A stretch of DNA of 64,000 bases. Source: Balanoglossus misakiensis (taxonomy: Eukaryota; Animalia; Hemichordata). A program made the translations under genes and the position numbers. The notes under the pieces were generated by a model. The model did no database searches. It saw only the letters and a list, made by a program, of their open reading frames with translations, and had not been told where the DNA came from. The stretch is taken from NCBI GenBank assembly GCA_040954595.2, contig CM082576.2, positions 7,381,129 to 7,445,128 of the forward strand, given 5' to 3'. Shown here piece after piece: positions 39,662 through 53,379 of this stretch; the first letter of the stretch is position 1, and each line of letters begins with the position of its first letter.

Positions 39662-40025
39662 ATCGCAAACGTCCAGCTATCGACAGTTTCAAGCTGCAAA
39701 GTACAAGTTTTCACATACTCAGCGCTCGGGTTCGGACACTTTCACCTTTGTAGAGGTCACGCGACACTGATTATACGACAACATTTGTAACACAAAATTC
39801 TAACAAGAACTAAACACACATCTGTAAATAACAAGTACAAAGTGATTCTTTACAAAGACATTTAACGATAGATATTAAGCGAAGTTGTATTAATTGATAT
39901 TAATTGGATTATAAAAGTCCAGTGGCCAATCAGGAAATTTGATGAGAGCATCGACGCGCGCGACGTGACGAAGCCGGCGCGCGCAAGAGCGCCACCAACG
40001 ATACCAGCGCCCAGGCAAATTTAAA

Positions 40026-43000
40026 ATGGACGTCGAAATGGAAGGAACGACCGCGCAGATCGAACAAATTTATCCAGGTAATCTGCGTCCTAGTCCAAAA
40101 TTTTGGTTTATTTGTGTGATTGTAATGTCATCGCAGATAGTATTCGGTATTATATCCGCCCATATTTTCTTTAGGCATAGGTGCCATGGTGTCAGAATCT
40201 CTTTTACTGACATGATGGTCAGTGTGTTTGGGAACGCTTTATCTGTTTATCTGGTACCATATGCTGTGAGCTGTCTATGCGAAGTCGCGCCGTGAAACTG
40301 AAAGCTTGCACGTGCGCGTATTTGAACGTTCGACCAAACAATGCAAACGAAACAGTTTTACACGTTCGAAGACAGTTTGAATATCCCAGGCTGCAAAAGA
40401 CTGGGCATAATACCGCTATTTCCGGTTTGTAGACCGTTCCACTATCAGCACTTTATCCATGGTCCCTCCACAGTGGAACTGGAATGACCATGTTTTGTTC
40501 AGACCATGGACGTCAGTTAGGGTTTCTTGTTTAGTTAGAACATGTGGTAGCTCCATGGTTTGAAAAGAAAATGTCCTGTAGGCTCAGCAGAAGAAGACAA
40601 AACTTTCGGTATACAGTATTATCTGAAAAGTTCCATATTTGTTGTATACATCCTTATTCTGAGTTACCATGGTATTTACAACGTATGATTGTGGTGTTTT
40701 CATTGTAGCTGTTATGATTGCATCCACAGAAGCAATCCCAGAACAGCCACAAGTTGAACAACCTGAAGAAATGGAAGCAGCTGAAACTGTCGACCAACCT
40801 GAGTGTCCAGCAGAAGCTGAGAAACCAGAAAGTCCTATTGCAATAGTAGAACCAGAAAATGCTGCAGTAGGAGAACCAGAAAATGCTGCAATAGGAGAAC
40901 CAGAAAATGCTGCAGTAGGAGAACCAGAAAATGTCGCAGAGACAGAAGAACCCGCAGGAGCCGTAGAGCAGCAGGAAGCCACACCACCCATGGAGGAAGA
41001 AGAAAGATCGCCGCCACCAGAATTGGCTAAGTACTGGAAAGTGGTGAAAGAGAATTGTTCAGATTTTACTGGCTGGACCTATCTGCTGCAGTATGTGGAA
41101 CAAGAGGTAATTTTTGATTTTGTGCATTTTCTGGGTTTTCTCCTTGTTGCTTGTAACACTTGTAAAAAATGCCGACTGCTCACAGCCATGTGACAATGGC
41201 AGAGTGGTTTCTGGTAGACAGTGACTTGGCTGGATGAGAACTTTTCAATCAAATGCTCATCCTGGTACCCCAGAGAGTCGTGTAGGAATGTCATTAATGT
41301 GGAGATCTTTATTTGTTGTCTTCCCAGGATCACATGAAGTCTTGCAGAGAAGCCTTCGACGCGTTTTTCAACAGATATCCTTACTGCTATGGGTACTGGA
41401 AGAAGTATGCTGATCTGGAAAAAAAGGCTGGAAGCTTACAGGCAGCTTGTGAAGTAAGTCTTGGTTTGTGGCAGACAACATGGGGTTAGAGCTGTGAAAA
41501 TACAGGATCTCTGTGGAACAACATTCATTTGGACAAAAATGGACTAAATAAAGAGAAAACTGCAGACCCTTAACCGGCCAATTTTAAATTAAGCATTTAC
41601 TTTTCATACAATTATAAATGCTGGCCACAGAGATCATGCATTTTCTAGCATTTACCAGGTTTTGCCGAAAATTTTTGAGAATTTTCTCCTGTTTTCTGCT
41701 AATTAGAAGCATGATGTTTTCTTTATTGGCAGGCAAGCAAAACAACAACATGGACACAACCCTCTCTCTCTCGTCATCTGACGAAAAAATTGTTTATAGG
41801 GATCACGGGCAACTCTTGTACATCTCTGTGCATTTCCCCCCCTCCCCCTGAATTGTCAATTTTTTTGTCGAATTTCATTGTTGAATTTCTGTGATAAGAT
41901 TGCAGTAGCTTAGTTGTTGTACATTTTTTTCAACTTTGGCAAATTTCTTGCATCATGTAAATGTACACTATTCACAAGCGGGGAGCACACCTCTAAAAAG
42001 ATGGCGGGATGTAATAAGTGGTGGTAAAGTTGCAGAAGCCATATTTTGGAGTTGAAGATGCAAGCTTCTGTGGCATGCTGCTGTCAACGCTGCCCTTCAG
42101 GAGCAATCATCCAGGGTGACTAGGTCATTCACACAATTTCTTCCTTCAAACAATTTTCCATTTGACAAAATTAAATTTGCCATGATTTATTCCAATTTCA
42201 TCTGATTGGGCGTTGCTGGAGCATTGTTTTGATTTTCCTCTCCTCCCTCGGTGTTTTGCTGTTGCAGGTTTACGAAAAAGGAATAAGGGCCACGGCGCTG
42301 AGCATCGACCTGTGGATCAACTACGTCAATTTCTACTCTGAGAATTTCGCATATGAAGCTGATGTCGTTGACAAAATCAGAAGGTACCGTCATGTTTACT
42401 TTACACAGCAATTTGGGTGAAAGGGGAGGGGAGAGGGGGGTCTTTAACCCTTAATCCAATGATGTCGGAGGTCTGTTAAAAATCCCGGGGAATTCTTAAT
42501 TGTGATGTTTGCGGTACTTAATAGCAATGTGTTCTGTTGTTGCTATTTTTCACAGCATATTTGAAAGAGCCCTTGCAGCAGCTGGTACCGAGTTCCTATC
42601 AGACAGGCTGTGGGACATGTACATCACCTGGGAGAAGGACCAGTACAACCTGAAACGTGTGACTGCCCTCTATGATAGACTATTGGCTATCCCGACCCAG
42701 CTCTATAGCCATCATTTTGACCAGTAAGTGAATCACGCTAAACCCCATAGCTTGTTTATTTTGTATCGCCCAAGTTTCGAACCCAACTTTTGCTTCTAAT
42801 CTCCGCCCCCTCCTTTGAGCCATACTTTAATGACTACTGTCCAATTGAATGTTAGGTTCAAGGAACACATCAACTCAAACCTGCCAAGAGATGTGCTGAC
42901 CACAGACGAGTTCCTGCAAATCCGCTCAGAGATTGTGTCCAGCAAAGACAGTGTGGAGCCGGATAGTACAGTTGACGATGCCCCTCCAGGTGTAGAGGAG

Positions 43001-46000
43001 GAGGCACCCCCTGGCATGGACGCACCCCCAGGGGTAGAGGCACCCCCGGGCATGGAAGAACAAGCATCCAGCACAGACAAGGTCAGTCCCAACAACCGAC
43101 AAATAAATTTAACTCTGAAAAGTCCTTGAGACATTGATGCTACCTTGAAGTGTTGATAATTGTGAAAAACTCTTGGGATAAAAATGAATGCATAATCACA
43201 CATTGGCAAATAGCATATTTAACGTGAGAAAGCCTTCCCTCCAAGGTCAATGAAAACTGTACATGTTGTACAGTTACAGTAGTTTTAACCAAAAAGCAAC
43301 CTTGACATGCTTACAAGTAGTAGTTCTATGGCTTTGTGTTTTCATAATATTTTCTTCTTTGTATTTATTTGTGTTTTTTATTTTCGCATGCAGAGTGATC
43401 CAGAGAATGTTGCAATACGAGAACGGGTGATTGAACTGAGGAATGAGGTGTTCAGGAAAAATGAAGAGGAAGTCAGCAAGAGATGGGCGTTTGAGGAAGG
43501 GGTAGGTGGATTACTGCTGTAGTGAAGTTGGATTGGATACCAAAGTTGGTAAAATGACTATTGATTTCCATTGCAAGGTTTGTGTCTGCCCAGGCAGACA
43601 GTGAGAAACTTGTGGGGATAAAAAAATTATAGTTGAAACCAGCGCATCTACCAAGAAATGTTGTTGAAAATGTATTTTATGTAATTACAGGTGAAGAGGC
43701 CATACTTCCACGTGAAACCCCTGGAGAGAGCTCAGCTGAAGAACTGGAAAGAGTATTTGGACTTTGAGATTGAGAATGGCAGCCACGAACGGGTTGTGGT
43801 GCTGTTTGAACGTTGCATGATTGCCACAGCCCTGTACGAAGATTTCTGGCTCAAGGTATGTTCACGCTATCTCACAGTACATTGGTTTTGTGAATCTGGT
43901 TTTTAAAAATGGAAAGTTACTTTTTAAAATGGAGGCTTAAAAAACACAAACTGGATGCCTACATTATGAATAATATAAGTGTTTTTATGAAGTGTACTGT
44001 TTACTCATACTATTCGTGTGTTTTGTCCCACACTTACAGTATGCGAAGTATATGGAAGCGCACAGCAAGGAGGAGGTGACTGCGGTTTTCAGAAGAGCTT
44101 GTGAAATACATCTGCCGAAAAAGCCTAACATCCACTTGCAGTGGGCAGCTTATGAAGAGGAACAAGGTCAGTTTTGTATTGACAGTGTTTGGAACACATC
44201 TTGACAAACTCAAGCTTCTTAACCATAATTGGTTTCATACTTACAGTGGTGATACGCTTTACGTCAAGCGTTTGGTGCATTTAGTTAAATCCTGCATCAG
44301 ATGAGCCGAGTGTACTTTTGCATATCCAGGGATGGTAGAGTATATAGTAAATTGGACACCCCAGGGTTTTAGCGTACCAGTCACAGAGATAAATTACCCC
44401 AGTAAAATTATAGCCGGTTATAAGATCATTCTCAGTTACCTGAACAACCTCTGTCACTACTTTTGTATTTGATTTTAAACATTGGCTTATCTCATGCCAT
44501 TTCAGGTAACATCGATGAAGCCAGGCAGATCCTAAAGAATCTCAGTGTGTCATCACCGGGCCTGGCCATGGTGACGCTCCGAAGAATTGGTCTGGAAAGG
44601 AGACAGAATAATCCCGACGGGGGTCAGCAGCTTCTGTCAGACTGCATCAAGAATGTCAAGAGTAAAACCATCAGCACATTCTACAGTATCAAGTTAGCAA
44701 GATTCCATGCCAAGGTATGTGTGGTTTGATCATGTATTTGACTGTGTATTTACCTGTGGTAAACGGAAATACATGTACCTGTTGGTACAGGTGAAAGGCA
44801 TAAGTGTAGCATATTCTGATTTGAGATCTTTTTTCTTTGCAGCTACAAAATGATGTGGAGAAAGCCAAAGAGGTTCTGAATAAAGCTATTGAGAAAGACA
44901 AGGTAAGGGGGCCTCTGTTGTGATCTTATAATACCCATCAAAAGTCTGGCAGTGATGATCTGTGACATAACCAATGTTTTTTCCCCTAAGGTTTGGGGGA
45001 ACATTGGTAACATTAACCTGGGTACTGCCTGGACAAAAAAACTCTGCTACCCTGTGAGCTTGCCACATGGTCAAGAATTTACATTCTTTTGTGGGGAAGG
45101 GTTGGTGTACCATGTAGTGGATATTGATCGGTTGCAGTACAAATACAATGTTGTGTATATATTGTATGGTTTTACACTTGACAGAATAATCGATCATTGT
45201 GTAATGGGATATTTTGTTTTGCTCCTTCAAAAAAAAAAAAACACAGAGCAACCCCAAGCTGTACCTGCAGCTGCTAGATTTAGAATTCCACAGTGCTCCC
45301 CCGAAAGAAGAGTCGGTCTTGGCTGTGTTTGACAGAGTGCTGGCCAGCAAAGATACCGCCCTGGAAACCAAAGTACTGTTCTCGCAGAGAAAGCTGGAGT
45401 TTCTGGAAGACTTTGGATCGGACATCACAAAGTAAGTGCTTTGCACTGTGTTAAGAGAAAGGTGGACTGAAAACTCTCCATTCTGGATGTAGCATTGAAG
45501 ATATTTTTCTGTGTAGCCTTGCGTGACAAAATAGTCACCCCCAACTTCACCATTTCTGTGAATCGTTTGAATTTTCAGGATACTGAGCACATATGAGGAG
45601 CATCAGAAATTACACAAGCAACACAACAGCAAGAAGCGGTCACATGGAGATAGGTGAGTGGTGGGTAAACCACATTGTATGATGATGCCCTATATGCAAA
45701 GAATTTATAATACTAGGTTGTTGTAATAAAATACAGTGAAGCCATCACCAAGTCTTGTTTCACCTCACAAATTTACTGTAAGGCCTTGGCAAGTGGTGCC
45801 CTCGATAAGTTGTGTTGTTCCGGCTGGCAGCAATGGATCGCTGTTTAATTTTGAGAGTCGACAAAAATGATATAGTTGTGTTGAAATGCTAATATGGCTT
45901 CTCTGTGTCTGTGCATCCTAAAGCAGTGATGAGAGCAGTCTGAAGAAATCCAAGAGTAATGGAAGCACACAAGACCCGACTGATGCATCAGCTTACAACT

Positions 46001-46260
46001 ATGCCCAAGGCTGGTCAGGATATAATTCGGTAAGTGCTTCTGTGGAACTACTTGAACATGTATTTCTGTGTGGAATGTGTTTTGATGATGATAATCAAAT
46101 GCTGGGTACAATCCCTGCACATTTAAGTGGATGTAGATTTTTGTGTTGTTTTTGTTTATTTCATTTTTAAAAATCGTTTGTGTTTTCTCCATTTCAGAAT
46201 GCATACAACTATCACCAACCCGCCTGGAATGCATATGGCCAAGGCTACTACCCTTCATAA
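40026..46260 (+). CDS. PRPF39: Pre-mRNA-processing factor 39 (HAT-repeat U1 snRNP factor), ~15 exons
   Basis: [67 protein letters not shown]; Tyr/Gly-rich C-terminus ending at TAA 46258-46260. Confidence 0.95.
40849..40932 (+). repeat. 24-bp coding tandem repeat (EPENAAV/IG, ~3.5 copies) in the PRPF39 N-terminal extension
   Basis: GAACCAGAAAATGCTGCARTAGGA repeated near-perfectly. Confidence 0.9.
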
Positions 46261-46395
46261 TCGCACTCCAAGCCCAGTCCTAATCTACTCTGGTGTTAGC
46301 ACTATGCTTTCCTTTTCATCGAATGCCAAACAAACTGAAAACACACAGTCTCTTCACTTATGCTAGATTTGCCAAGTAGATTGCTTTTACCAGAG

Positions 46396-46465
46396 AATCG
46401 ACCTGAAGGATATTCCAATTTCGCCATGTAAATCAACCTGAAGGATATTCCAATTTCGCCATGTA
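46396..46465. repeat. 35-bp tandem duplication in the PRPF39 3' UTR
   Basis: AATCRACCTGAAGGATATTCCAATTTCGCCATGTA twice, one mismatch. Confidence 0.9.
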
Positions 46466-47262
46466 ATCAGGGGAATGTTCCAAAAATAATGCAACGTTTC
46501 ATAGTTTATACAACCACCAACACGGCCATCATGGAAATGTCACAACCAGTCTAGTGTAAATGCACAGGTTCAGTTTCCATGGCCATTTCAAAATTCGACA
46601 TGATTTTAAAAATATACAAAAAAGTCAGTTAAAACATGGCAAGTACTAGTAGATTGCTTTGACCGCAGTATTAACCAGGACATGCCAATATTCATGTTCA
46701 TCTGAATACAGGAATGGATTTATCCCAAGAATTTTTATCAGAGTACAGAAATATCCACCCTGTATGTTGTTATGATCAACCTTATGTTATCATGCATTAA
46801 ACTTGTTTTACTTGAAAAAAAAAAAAAAACTTGTATCTCTTCTTCTCTGTTTTCACCTCCAAGTTTTTCCGAGTTTGATGCGAGGGTTTATTTTCCCCAT
46901 TAACTGGGAAGATTTAAGTGACCACATATGTTTAACACACAAAAATACTAATAACCTGAATGGTAGAATCAATATAGTACTTTATTTGTGAGCTATGTAT
47001 GCTTTTTATCTGCCAGTCAAACTGTACCGTACGGTACATTACTTGTTCTATCATGTAAATCACTAGTTCTATGTAAATTGGTCTATCAAAATATACTCGT
47101 TTAAACTACATCTTGCGAATATCGCGAAATGCTTAATGCAAGCAAAATACAAAAATATTTTGAGGCTTGCGTAATTTTGTTGAACCAAGACTTTGTGTAC
47201 ATCATATAATGTTCATGGTTGATTGCATTGAAATATTCTTTTCAGCAAGCGTAATACTATCT

Positions 47263-49802
47263 TTAGGAGAGTGGTTTTTCGATCAAATGGACGTAGTACG
47301 CAGGGTTGTCCACTTCACCCAGGGGCTTGAAGTCACCGTATACACCATGCTTGCATTCTGGGCCAAAGGCCTCCTTCAGCAGCTCTGAGAATGCATTCAG
47401 CCGGTGTGGGTAATAGGAGAGGCGGAATTTACTGTGGAGAAAAAAGATCAGAGTTAGTGGGAGAGTGATGGAGCTACAGCGATAATCTCTGCAGTGGATA
47501 GTTAGATAAAATCAAGTCAAACAGGAATTAAAGCTGAACTGTCACAAACATAAGCAAATAGATTGCATAATTAGAATTAATCATCTGCAACTTCTGTTGT
47601 GATCAATGACCTGCAGTTCAAATCTAATCAAGCCGAATGACATCAATGATTGACTAAATATTACGCTGACAGTAGTGTACACATTACACGTATACCAAAA
47701 AAGATTCCCCACCCTCCCTCTCTCAGGGAATACCCCTCTCACCTGTACTGATCCTCGTCTCCCAGACCTTTCCGAAAGCTGTGACCCTCACTCTCCAGGG
47801 TCTTCTTGGCTTTGTTGACGTCAATGGTGTAATCTAACGTGATCATGTGAGGCCTACCATTCACATACAGCACCGATGTCTTGATGTCTTTTGTACAGCT
47901 TCCCTGTCAACAAAACAAAGTGACAAGCACTGTCATATTACAATTGCAACTTTCTGGGGATAAAATCATTTGTATGCATCCTCCAAACACCACCTATAAG
48001 CATTGCAACAAGGAAGCCTGTAATATACCTTATAATAGATGTTTTTCCCCTGTGGCACATTTCCCTTGTCAAGAATGGAATCATAGTTGCGGTGGTCAAT
48101 CAACATTATGCCGCCAGGTTTGACCATGTGTTCGAAATTTTTCAGCGATATCTTGTGGTTCATCTGGTTTCCCTCGAAGTCGGGAAGATGCGGGAATGAG
48201 TTGCCGAGGCAGATGACGGCATCGAAACCGCCGTGTCCAGTGAACTCCATGTCATCCACTAAAGTCAACCAGTTGGCCTCTTCAATGACTGCAGAAATGT
48301 ACATGCACAGAAGGAGAGAGAGGTTAATAGGGGGAGGGGGGGGGACAGAGGGGAGATGATGACAGAAGTTTACATATTGAGTTTTCTCCAATTGTGTAAT
48401 TTAATTTGCTACAATATATTACATAATCATGACATTTCAATGACCATTTTCACATCCAGTGTTGAATGATGTATTCTAAGCCCGGCAGGAACACCATATT
48501 ATTTCTGTTATTTTTCCTTTACCCCATTTATCAAACGCCTCTTCTTTCCTTCTGTTCCATCTTTCCTTCAGGGCATACTTCAACATTTTGTCTGAGGCAT
48601 CACAGCTTGTGACAGTAAACCCTTCTTCCACCAGCATTGTGGAATCCACTCTGAAATGAAGTCATGATATGATCATCGCAACAAAAGCTTTGAAAAAAGT
48701 ATAGCAAGTGGGGCTTTAATAGTATTTGCTTGATTGCATGATTGACAGCAATATTTGCATAAAAAAGGTCACCAAGGTGTGCCTTTGATTGTGCAACACT
48801 TGTTTAAAAAATATTTGAATGTTTGGGAAATGCACACACACACAAATACAGAAAGCGTTTTCACTGTATATTTCCTATAAACTTCAGAAATTGAGTGACA
48901 ACAAGAGCAACTGCCTGTGATAGTACCACTTTGAGTGCCAAGCATGTACAAATACAATTTTTTTTCAGAGACAAAATCACACAGCAGATTTACCCAATGA
49001 ATTGTGAAATTTTATTTGTAATTCTTGTGCGTCATATGCATGATAACTCAACCTGGATATATAGTATACAGGCCAAATAGTTGTGTTGGACGCAATCCAG
49101 GAACACAATAAGGGTTTTTACAAAACAGCCAACTTGTTGATTTAAAATTGTTCCCAGCACACACAAAACACAACTGCACTCTGCCACCGCCCACGTTTTC
49201 AAAAGAATGATGTCAGATTGATCAATCAACCACTGAAACCACGCCCCAATCCGAGTGGCCTTGGGAGCGAGGAAATCAATTGACTGACGACTGTCAATCG
49301 TATCCGTGTTACAACATATGGCGAGGTCTCGGGTGTACTTTTACAGCTGCGAAAAAGTAAATGGGGTTGATTCCGAGAAGACAGGAGACTTGCCCAGATG
49401 CGAAAACAAGAAATAGACATACACACTTCTATTTAGTAAAACTCACTCTCTCACATTACTTGCTAGCCATGAAAACTGACCTTTTCCATATGTGACCGCA
49501 AGTCAAAAGTGTAAAAACAGGCGTCACAATTCTATTCTCGGTGCTTTGTGCAATATGAAAGACGCGTATTGTTATGAAAGAAAGACTTGACCTTACCCAG
49601 TACCGCAGGCAACATCGAGAACTGTTGTGCACTTCTTGGACCGCAGCAGATTGAGAATCCAGCTCTTGTAGGTGTCCGTTCTCTCCGATCTGCTGCCGAC
49701 GTACAGCTCCCAAACTTTTGCTGCTTTTCCATCTGCGTACTGATCGGGAATACCTTGTGCCGCAACACCCAAGGAACGCGTACGAAAAACACTATCGACC
49801 AT
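47263..49802 (-). CDS. GNMT: Glycine N-methyltransferase, ~307 aa, 5 exons
   Basis: Exons 49802-49597, 48650-48523, 48288-48029, 47903-47743, 47431-47263. [46 protein letters not shown]. Confidence 0.95.
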
Positions 49803-51025
49803 TTTCAAAAAGCGATTTTGCTACAGTAAAACTAGTATGAAGTGTACGCCTGTCCTTTCCTACAGCACAATGATGCAACGGACAGCTTTTCGCAGGGAAT
49901 CAGTACAGTTTACCTGATTGCGTCAAGTGCATTTACACCGCACTGCCTATCTTAGTTTTTGCGTGTTGTTTTGAACCCCCTAGCATACTGGATTTTATTG
50001 GCTCTGTCAATCACGTTTGTTGCTGATGCACGATGACGTGACGTTTTCTCTTATTCTGTCAGTGCCGAATCCCCAAACAATTTTTTTTTTCTGTCCTGTC
50101 TCTTATAAAAATTTATGTCAGTTAGTTCTTTGGTTGTATACTTTATTTTTATGAAGGATTCCGATTGGTAAAAAGATGTAAATGATAAGCAGTGATATGA
50201 TCCACATAACGCAGAGAAACATCTTGTCAACAATTGGCCATGCTCATGCAGAAAGAGCATAATGTGAATAAGAAAATAAGGTCAGTCGCAAATAAAAAAT
50301 AAAAAAACAAGTATTTTCAAGTCAGAGCTAAATATGTCTGGGTCAATTGAACCATGAGAATTTTATGAGTTACCCTTTCTTTGAACTCACTGATTTTATT
50401 TGATTCATATTGATTTGCCGAACAAAAAATATTTTCATTTCCCTGCTGCCATGGTAGGATCTTTGTCATTTGTGTCAGGGTCCCCACACTGACATATCTT
50501 TTGGCCACATCAGCAATCTCTAAAAGGCCATATTCAGTATGTAAATGCAACACAGTGATACAATCAGATAACAAATCACAATGAAAACTGACGGGCATAT
50601 CATAGCACACTGTCCTTGTGGGTGTGATATTTCAGATGAAATCTGACTCCCTGTGACATGTTTGAACAAAATTCATTCCAACATGTCTTGTCAAGTTATA
50701 TGTGAACAACTCACAAACTGAGATGTATAATAAATGTGTGGTTTTTGTCTGTCTAGCGCCCTCTATAGTTACAGTGCATGACTATAGGTAATAGTGAGAC
50801 AGTTTTACAAACTACTGAAACACTGTGAAATAATAATCCAATGCATTTCAAAATTTTTGAGAACCCAACTACTTTATTGCAATGTCACACATACAAACTG
50901 TCCCATAATACAGTTCATTTTTTTCCAAATGGTGGTGATGTATTAGAAAAGTAAATACAGTTTTTTGAAAACCAGAAAGCAAGAAATTACACACACAATT
51001 TTCTCCTCATTTGCCTTGGCATTTA

Positions 51026-52703
51026 TCAGAGTCCCTTTTCTTGCAGCCATTCCTTGACTTCGTTCTCATAAAGTCCTTTGTAGTGTATGAACATTCCTAT
51101 TTCATTGACATGTGAGGCAATCGTGCGACCCAAAGTACTTTCCAAATGCTGTCGAAGATCTTTTTCCAGTGCCTGTTGATTAATGAGACACAATAGACGT
51201 TGATGAAGCACCTATAAACTTGTGCACCAATTGATTTATTGGGGTCATGTTCAGGATGTATTATTTTCAACACAGCTATAGGTGTCAACGTGACAGTGAC
51301 CTTGAAAATTATCAAGATTTTGAATGGAGCATTCATAACAGTAATCAATCAAAATTTTGACAAAAGAGTTCAAAGGTCGCTTTCTAATCTCGTACAGATA
51401 CATGTACACATGTTCAGAGACCAACAACCTATCAATCATTAAATCGCCATCTGTCAACAACTGGACGGTAACTCCACCCACAGTACATGGTGGGCGAAAC
51501 AGTTTTTAGCAAAATTTTGCAAAGTGCTAGTAACTGCTTCAGAATCTTAGAAAAAAAGCTGCAGTTGTCATGAACAGAAATGTCATATCAAAACTTACCC
51601 AAATATCACCTTCAATTTTCCTGACGACAGTCAGCTGTCTTGAGCCACCATTTTTGATAAGTGTGTAAACGGGCCAGTTATGAAACCGAGTTCTCCTCAC
51701 AAAATAAGGGAGGTCTTTAGATTCTTCTGTAATGAAACAACATTCCACAAACTAATTTTATATACATATTTTCTTACAGCTGTTTAAATTTATAAGTTGA
51801 CAAGAAAATAACCTACAATTACTTCCAGAATTTATCAACTTATTCACCCCCTTAAACTAGGTGAAAATTAGCCTAGGTCCCCAATATAACCTAAATTGTA
51901 AATATTCACTATACATGTGAATAGTGGGCCCTCAACCAATTGACCTACCTTTTTGGGGACTCCATCCAGATGGTGTTGGATACTGTGTGTGCTTTGGAGG
52001 ATCTGGAACTTGTAATTGTGGTAACAGACGCTCTACATACTTGAAATCTTCCCTGGACTCTGTGACATTTGTGTAACTCTCGTGCTCATCAACATCATTG
52101 GTCGCAGTTGCTCTTGTTGAACAAGCACATACTTGCTATGAGAGAAAAGTGACCAGTTTCATCTAACTTGCAATTGAATTTAATGAGACTGAGAGTACTA
52201 GTATTGTACCTTTTCAAATCTTCTGTTCAAAAAAGCTAAATTATAAAAAGCTATGGCAAATACAGGTCACATGGAGTCACCTGGTATTACTATTGGTAAG
52301 TTCAGTTACAAGTCATCTACATGTTCTGGTCTTATCACCCGAATGTAACCATACCAACAAATGACCGGTGTAGAAACGGGTGTAAGTTTGTCTACTAAAA
52401 TGGCATGTTGTTGAAAAGGCAAGTACAGTGCCCACGAAATTTCAGAACATGGTGTTTTTCACTTCATATTACTTTTACAAACACATGCACATGTTCTTTG
52501 ATCAGCGCCACCACACGACGATTTTTCAGCTCGCCCGCCGCCCGCTCATAATAATGCTAGTGGGAATCACCTGAAAGTGTTAAGAAGTCGACTGCTTTGA
52601 TTCTTTATACCTGTCATTTACTCACCTTTTCTAAATACCTTAAACATGGTCCCCTTTGGCGAATGACAGAGCCAGAAACCCGCCGAAAAAGAAGACTAGC
52701 CAT
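51026..52703 (-). CDS. MRPL49: Mitochondrial ribosomal protein mL49, ~179 aa, 4 exons
   Basis: Exons 52703-52626, 52135-51949, 51726-51599, 51172-51026. [40 protein letters not shown]. Confidence 0.9.
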
Positions 52704-52776
52704 CTTTCATCTCGACTTTCAACTCTGACCCCTTCACGCAAAGCACCATGGTTGCGCACTTCGGGTGCGTGAACAA

Positions 52777-52821
52777 CCTTTTCAATTCGCCATATTGGTG
52801 TTGCACAAGGCAAAGAAATAG
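52777..52821 (+). promoter_or_regulatory. Probable non-coding first exon of FAU with TCT/5'TOP-like start and YY1-like site
   Basis: CCTTTTC followed by CGCCATATTGG and a strong donor AG|GTGAGT after 52821; acceptor TTGCAG just before the ATG at 53380. Confidence 0.6.
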
Positions 52822-53379
52822 GTGAGTGTATAAAATTGCCAAATAAAGCCAGTGTATACAGGTTACCAGCCATTCGAGATATGTGGAGCGTGCTTTAAGA
52901 CGTTTTAGTTTTATCTGAACGATTTTGAAGGTAAAATTGGTTTTTACTTGGAAGAGACCGGGGGTGAAAGTTTAGTTTGGCGCACATGTGACGTGATGCA
53001 GAAATGTGTCTATGTGTGTCCGGCCCCATTGATGACTGTTGTACATTTCGTAGTGAGTCCATAACGGGGTGATTATGTTGTGATTTAGAGAAATTGAACA
53101 CGCGTCACTTGCGTATCATTGCAAAATGCTGTAATCACTGTTGATGGCATAATTCCATCTTAATATCGTTGTCATGACAGTCAAGAAGCGCTCTTGCGTC
53201 CCACACCACTAATGCAGTGTGGGTCTTGGGAGTCTGTGGTGTACCTCCATTTATTGAGTGTTGATTTGGAAGAAAACTTAAAAACGTGAATTAACAGATA
53301 TTGCTGTCGTCACTGCGAAGGCGCTAACCACTACATGCACATGTAAATTGTAAATACCAATGTTTTTTGCAGAGCCAAT

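Noticed and set aside
46396-46465. 35-bp repeats as a CRISPR-like array
   Set aside because: Two directly adjacent copies with no spacer, in a eukaryotic 3' UTR; a simple tandem duplication.
52955-53103. Two hairpins plus ACA in FAU intron 1 as a third H/ACA RNA
   Set aside because: No ANANNA box in the hinge, so not reported as a feature.
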